Below, one piece after another: positions 62,914 through 64,000 of a stretch of 64,000 nt of DNA. A model generated the notes under the pieces. The model was not told where the DNA came from, made no database searches, and worked only from the letters and a program-made list of their open reading frames with translations. The position numbers and the translations under genes are program-made. The number at the start of each line of letters is the position of its first letter. Position 1 is the first letter of the stretch. The DNA comes from Vicugna vicugna (taxonomy: Eukaryota), in the NCBI GenBank assembly GCA_013265495.1, contig MU058252.1:622001-686000 (forward strand). The letters are read 5' to 3'.

Positions 62914-63270
62914 TTTTTTTATCGAAGTATAGTTGATGTAATGTAAGTTACAGGTGTACAATAGTGATTCACAATTTTTAAAGATTATACTCCATTTACA
63001 ATTAGTATAAAATATTGGCTATATCCCTGTGTTGTACAACATATCCTTGTAGCTTATTTTATCCGTAATAGTTTGTACCTCTTAATTCCCTATGTTGCCC
63101 TTCCCTCTTCCTACCAGTAACCACTGGTTTGGTCTCTGTGAGTCTGCTTCTTTTGTGTTATATTCATTAGTTTGCTGTATTTTTTAGATTCCACATATAA
63201 GTAATATCACACAGTATTTGTCTTGGAGGATATTATGCTAAGTAAAATAAGTCAGACAGTGAAAGACAAA
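62914..63270 (-). mobile_element. L1 3' end with 5' inversion
   Basis: Poly(T) and a reversed L1 3' UTR up to 63224, then the adjacent upstream L1 segment in plus orientation (63225-63270). Confidence 0.8.
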
Positions 63271-63704
63271 AAAACCCCTTGATTTTAAAAAAATATAAAA
63301 AAGGGAAGACAAGACATTTACTCTTTTTCACTAAGAAGAATAGGATGGTGATTATTAGCTTTGAGACTCAAGGCAGTTCTCCTGGGTCTGTTGCCTCATA
63401 TGTAAAATAGAGATTATAATAGTACCACTTTATAGGTGTTTGGGAGGATTAAATGAAAGTACATGCAGAATATCTGATATGTAATAATAATGACATTTAC
63501 TGAGGATTTATTACACAACCACATTTTCTAGATATAATTTCACTGAATTCTATTCTACATTCTAGTAATTATATCTAATATATTAACCTGAAATCTAAGA
63601 AAATTATATATAGTAACAACTACTTAAGCTAAATTCTCCAACTCACATGAAAAAATACTAATAAAAAAACACATCCACATTTCCCTAATTACAGAAAATT
63701 ACCA

Positions 63705-64000
63705 ACTGTTTCAGTTATTAACAGCTGCATACAAAATAGCTCAAAACTTAAGGGCTGAAATCAACAACCATTTCATTTGTTCTTGTTTCTACAATCACCG
63801 CTGGGCTTGGCTGGCTCCGCTGCTGGTCTTAAAGTCACCTTTCGCTACCTTATTAGCTGGTGGCGGGGAGGGCGGAAAGTGGTAACTCAGCCAGGAGGGC
63901 CGGACCCTCTCCCTTCCCGTGCGTCTTCTCCTAAGGTCTCTCTCCCATGTGACTCAAAGCTCCAGAGAATACAAAAGCAGAAGCTGCCGACTTCTGAAGG
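63705..64000 (-). mobile_element. MaLR LTR fragment (MLT1-like), running to the window edge
   Basis: TGTTTCAGTTATTAACAGCTGCATACAAAATAGCTCAAAACTTAAGGGCTGAAATCAACAACCATTT resembles a reversed MLT1 terminus. Confidence 0.55.

Noticed and set aside
63840..64000. GC-richer right edge as RHEB exon 1 or promoter
   Set aside because: No MPQSKSRKIAILGYRSV coding sequence is present and the sequence looks like a MaLR LTR. Exon 1 lies outside the window.

Overview
This is mammalian genomic DNA, probably from a camelid (inferred from four short tRNA-derived SINEs resembling the vic-1 family). It covers the conserved CRYGN-RHEB locus, with both genes on the minus strand. CRYGN (gamma-N crystallin) is complete: 4 coding exons (21027-21047, 18865-19113, 17028-17173, 14015-14150) giving 552 nt and 183 aa, with a CpG-island promoter carrying TATA-like, Maf and Sox motifs. 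RHEB is partial: coding exons 2-8 and the 3' UTR lie at about 32.3-51.5 kb, and exon 1 is beyond the right edge. All splice junctions were read by hand as GT-AG and keep frame. The rest is intron or intergenic DNA rich in L1, L2, MIR, MaLR/ERV LTRs and DNA-transposon relics. Repeat family names come from recognition of consensus motifs, and their boundaries are approximate. Most ORF-track entries are spurious. I found no convincing new biological system. The best leads are an orphan CpG-island promoter between the two genes, a co-oriented solo LTR just upstream of CRYGN, and a possible L1 3' transduction.
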